A DNA stretch of 33,085 nt from an uncultured virus (IMG/VR IMGVR_UViG_640753051_000003) (Duplodnaviria > Heunggongvirae > Uroviricota > Caudoviricetes). The stretch lies in IMG/VR virus record IMGVR_UViG_640753051_000003, one strand, 5' to 3'. This document shows positions 31,915-33,085 of this stretch, in pieces (position 1 is the first letter of the stretch; every line of letters starts with the position of its first letter). Under the pieces are notes generated by a model that was not told the DNA's origin, ran no database searches, and saw only the letters and a list, made by a program, of their open reading frames with translations. A program made the translations under genes and the position numbers.

Positions 31915-33085
31915 GCACGTGCACCGCGTCATCAAGAGACGCGCCAACGGTTCGCAAACCGTCTACACCTTCTACACAAGGTCCCGGAACACTAAGGACG
32001 CGTGGCCGTCGATCGCCCTTCCGGAACCGCTTGAGAAGGAGTTCTCCGAGCGCCTGTCGATCTGTGAAGCCATGGCCCGCGATGAGAAGGGCTTTCTACT
32101 GGACGGCAAGCGGCTACCGGACCTGAAGAGTAAAGAGTTTTGGCCCGAGGCCACGAAGGCGCACGAAGCATTCATCCGCCGCGGTCGCCAGGGCATCAAG
32201 GATTTCAAGGCGCTCGTCGAAGCCTTCCAGAGCGAGACCAACCCCTTCTGGACCAAGCTGGCGGCTTCCACTCAGCGCGGCTACCGAACCTCTGGCGACA
32301 TCATCAAGGAGACATGGGGAGACGACCTTCCCGTCGACTTGACGACGGTCGACGCGCAGGACGCGATAGACGCCCTAGGCGAGACGCCGGCGAAAGCAAA
32401 CCAGTTCCGAGCCTTCCTGTCCCGCCTGATGGCGTGGGGCGCCTCCCGAGGCTACTGCAAGACCAACGTCGTGGAGATGACGGAAAAGATACCGGGCGGC
32501 GAGCCGTGGGTGCCGTGGCCGAACTGGGCTTTTGAGATCCTGCTGGAGCACGCACCGTTCCACATGCAGATGATCGCCATGTCGGCATTCTTCACCGGGC
32601 AGCGCCAGGGCGACGTGCTGGCTATGACGAAGCCGAAGGCCGGCGAGAACACGATCGCCGTCCGCGCGCAGAAGACGGGAAACACGGTTTGGATTCCGAT
32701 CCACTTCGCCTATCGGAAATGGATCGATCGCGTGCCGACGTCCGATAGCGTGATGCTGCACGCCGGCGCTCGCGCCACGTCATACAAGAGCCCCGACGGT
32801 TTCCGGACCGAATGGCAGAAGCTCATGGCGAAGGACGCGTTCAAGCCGTTCCGAGAAAACCGGATCGTCTTCCACGGTCTGCGCAAGAACGCGGTGATCA
32901 ATTTGCTGGAGGTTGGCTGCACCGAGAACCAGGTGGGCGCGATCTGCAACATGTCGGCGCAGATGGTGCAGCATTACGGCCGAGAGGTGGTTTTGAGGAG
33001 CCTCGCGAAGGACGCGATGAAGCTCATGGAAGCACGCTGGAGCGAGATCGAGCCGGCCGCTTTCAGGAACAAGAACGGAACGTGA
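31874..33085 (+). CDS. int: Tyrosine recombinase / integrase
   Basis: TGQRQGD (R), QKTG (K), FHGLRK (HxxR), VQHY (Y); alternative GTG start at 31901. Confidence 0.95.
   Translation: MKRSGKSGTVELPKHVHRVIKRRANGSQTVYTFYTRSRNTKDAWPSIALPEPLEKEFSERLSICEAMARDEKGFLLDGKRLPDLKSKEFWPEATKAHEAFIRRGRQGIKDFKALVEAFQSETNPFWTKLAASTQRGYRTSGDIIKETWGDDLPVDLTTVDAQDAIDALGETPAKANQFRAFLSRLMAWGASRGYCKTNVVEMTEKIPGGEPWVPWPNWAFEILLEHAPFHMQMIAMSAFFTGQRQGDVLAMTKPKAGENTIAVRAQKTGNTVWIPIHFAYRKWIDRVPTSDSVMLHAGARATSYKSPDGFRTEWQKLMAKDAFKPFRENRIVFHGLRKNAVINLLEVGCTENQVGAICNMSAQMVQHYGREVVLRSLAKDAMKLMEARWSEIEPAAFRNKNGT

Larger units (their letters stand above)
1..33085. mobile_element. Temperate siphovirus-like prophage, partial (tape measure to integrase; distal tail, lysis genes and att sites lie outside the window)
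   Basis: Complete lambdoid gene order: head and tail genes, terminases, antiterminator, replication, cro/cI switch, recombination, xis/int. Confidence 0.97.

Noticed and set aside
33000..33085. Attachment site
   Set aside because: The window ends at the integrase stop; no core repeat or target tRNA is visible

Overview
The window is most of a temperate, lambdoid-type siphovirus prophage in a high-GC alphaproteobacterium. A Rhizobiaceae/Sinorhizobium-like host is inferred from the GcrA-, GapR-, DUF982- and AcpP-like genes and the alphaproteobacterial GAAC-N7-GAAC SOS box. Left to right it contains: a minus-strand late operon (tape measure N-terminus cut by the window edge, tail chaperones with a -1 frameshift, tail tube, head-tail proteins, capsid, protease/scaffold, portal, terminases); an accessory block at 13.0-17.1 kb; a minus-strand early operon (Cro, GapR-like, CII-position gene, two DNA methyltransferases, replication initiator with iterons, GcrA, NusG-like antiterminator); the immunity region (CI and operators, a LexA-boxed Zn-ribbon gene, a frameshifted TcmP plus DUF5131 pair); and a plus-strand early operon (Gp157, Bet/RecT, DUF968, DUF1643, Xis, tyrosine integrase). 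The most unusual observations are these. (1) Three antisense morons carry general-stress sigma (EcfG/RpoE2)-type promoters, and each is nested inside a translationally coupled ORF of the lytic operon. (2) An acyl carrier protein has Tyr in place of the phosphopantetheine Ser. (3) A secreted-protein plus Sel1-like pair is inserted into a duplicated DUF4177 gene. (4) Six membrane micropeptides lie antisense to the late operon. (5) There is an ADP-ribosyltransferase-like DUF2441 moron. (6) There are two decayed tRNA-like elements. Family names come from motif recognition and gene order, not from database searches.
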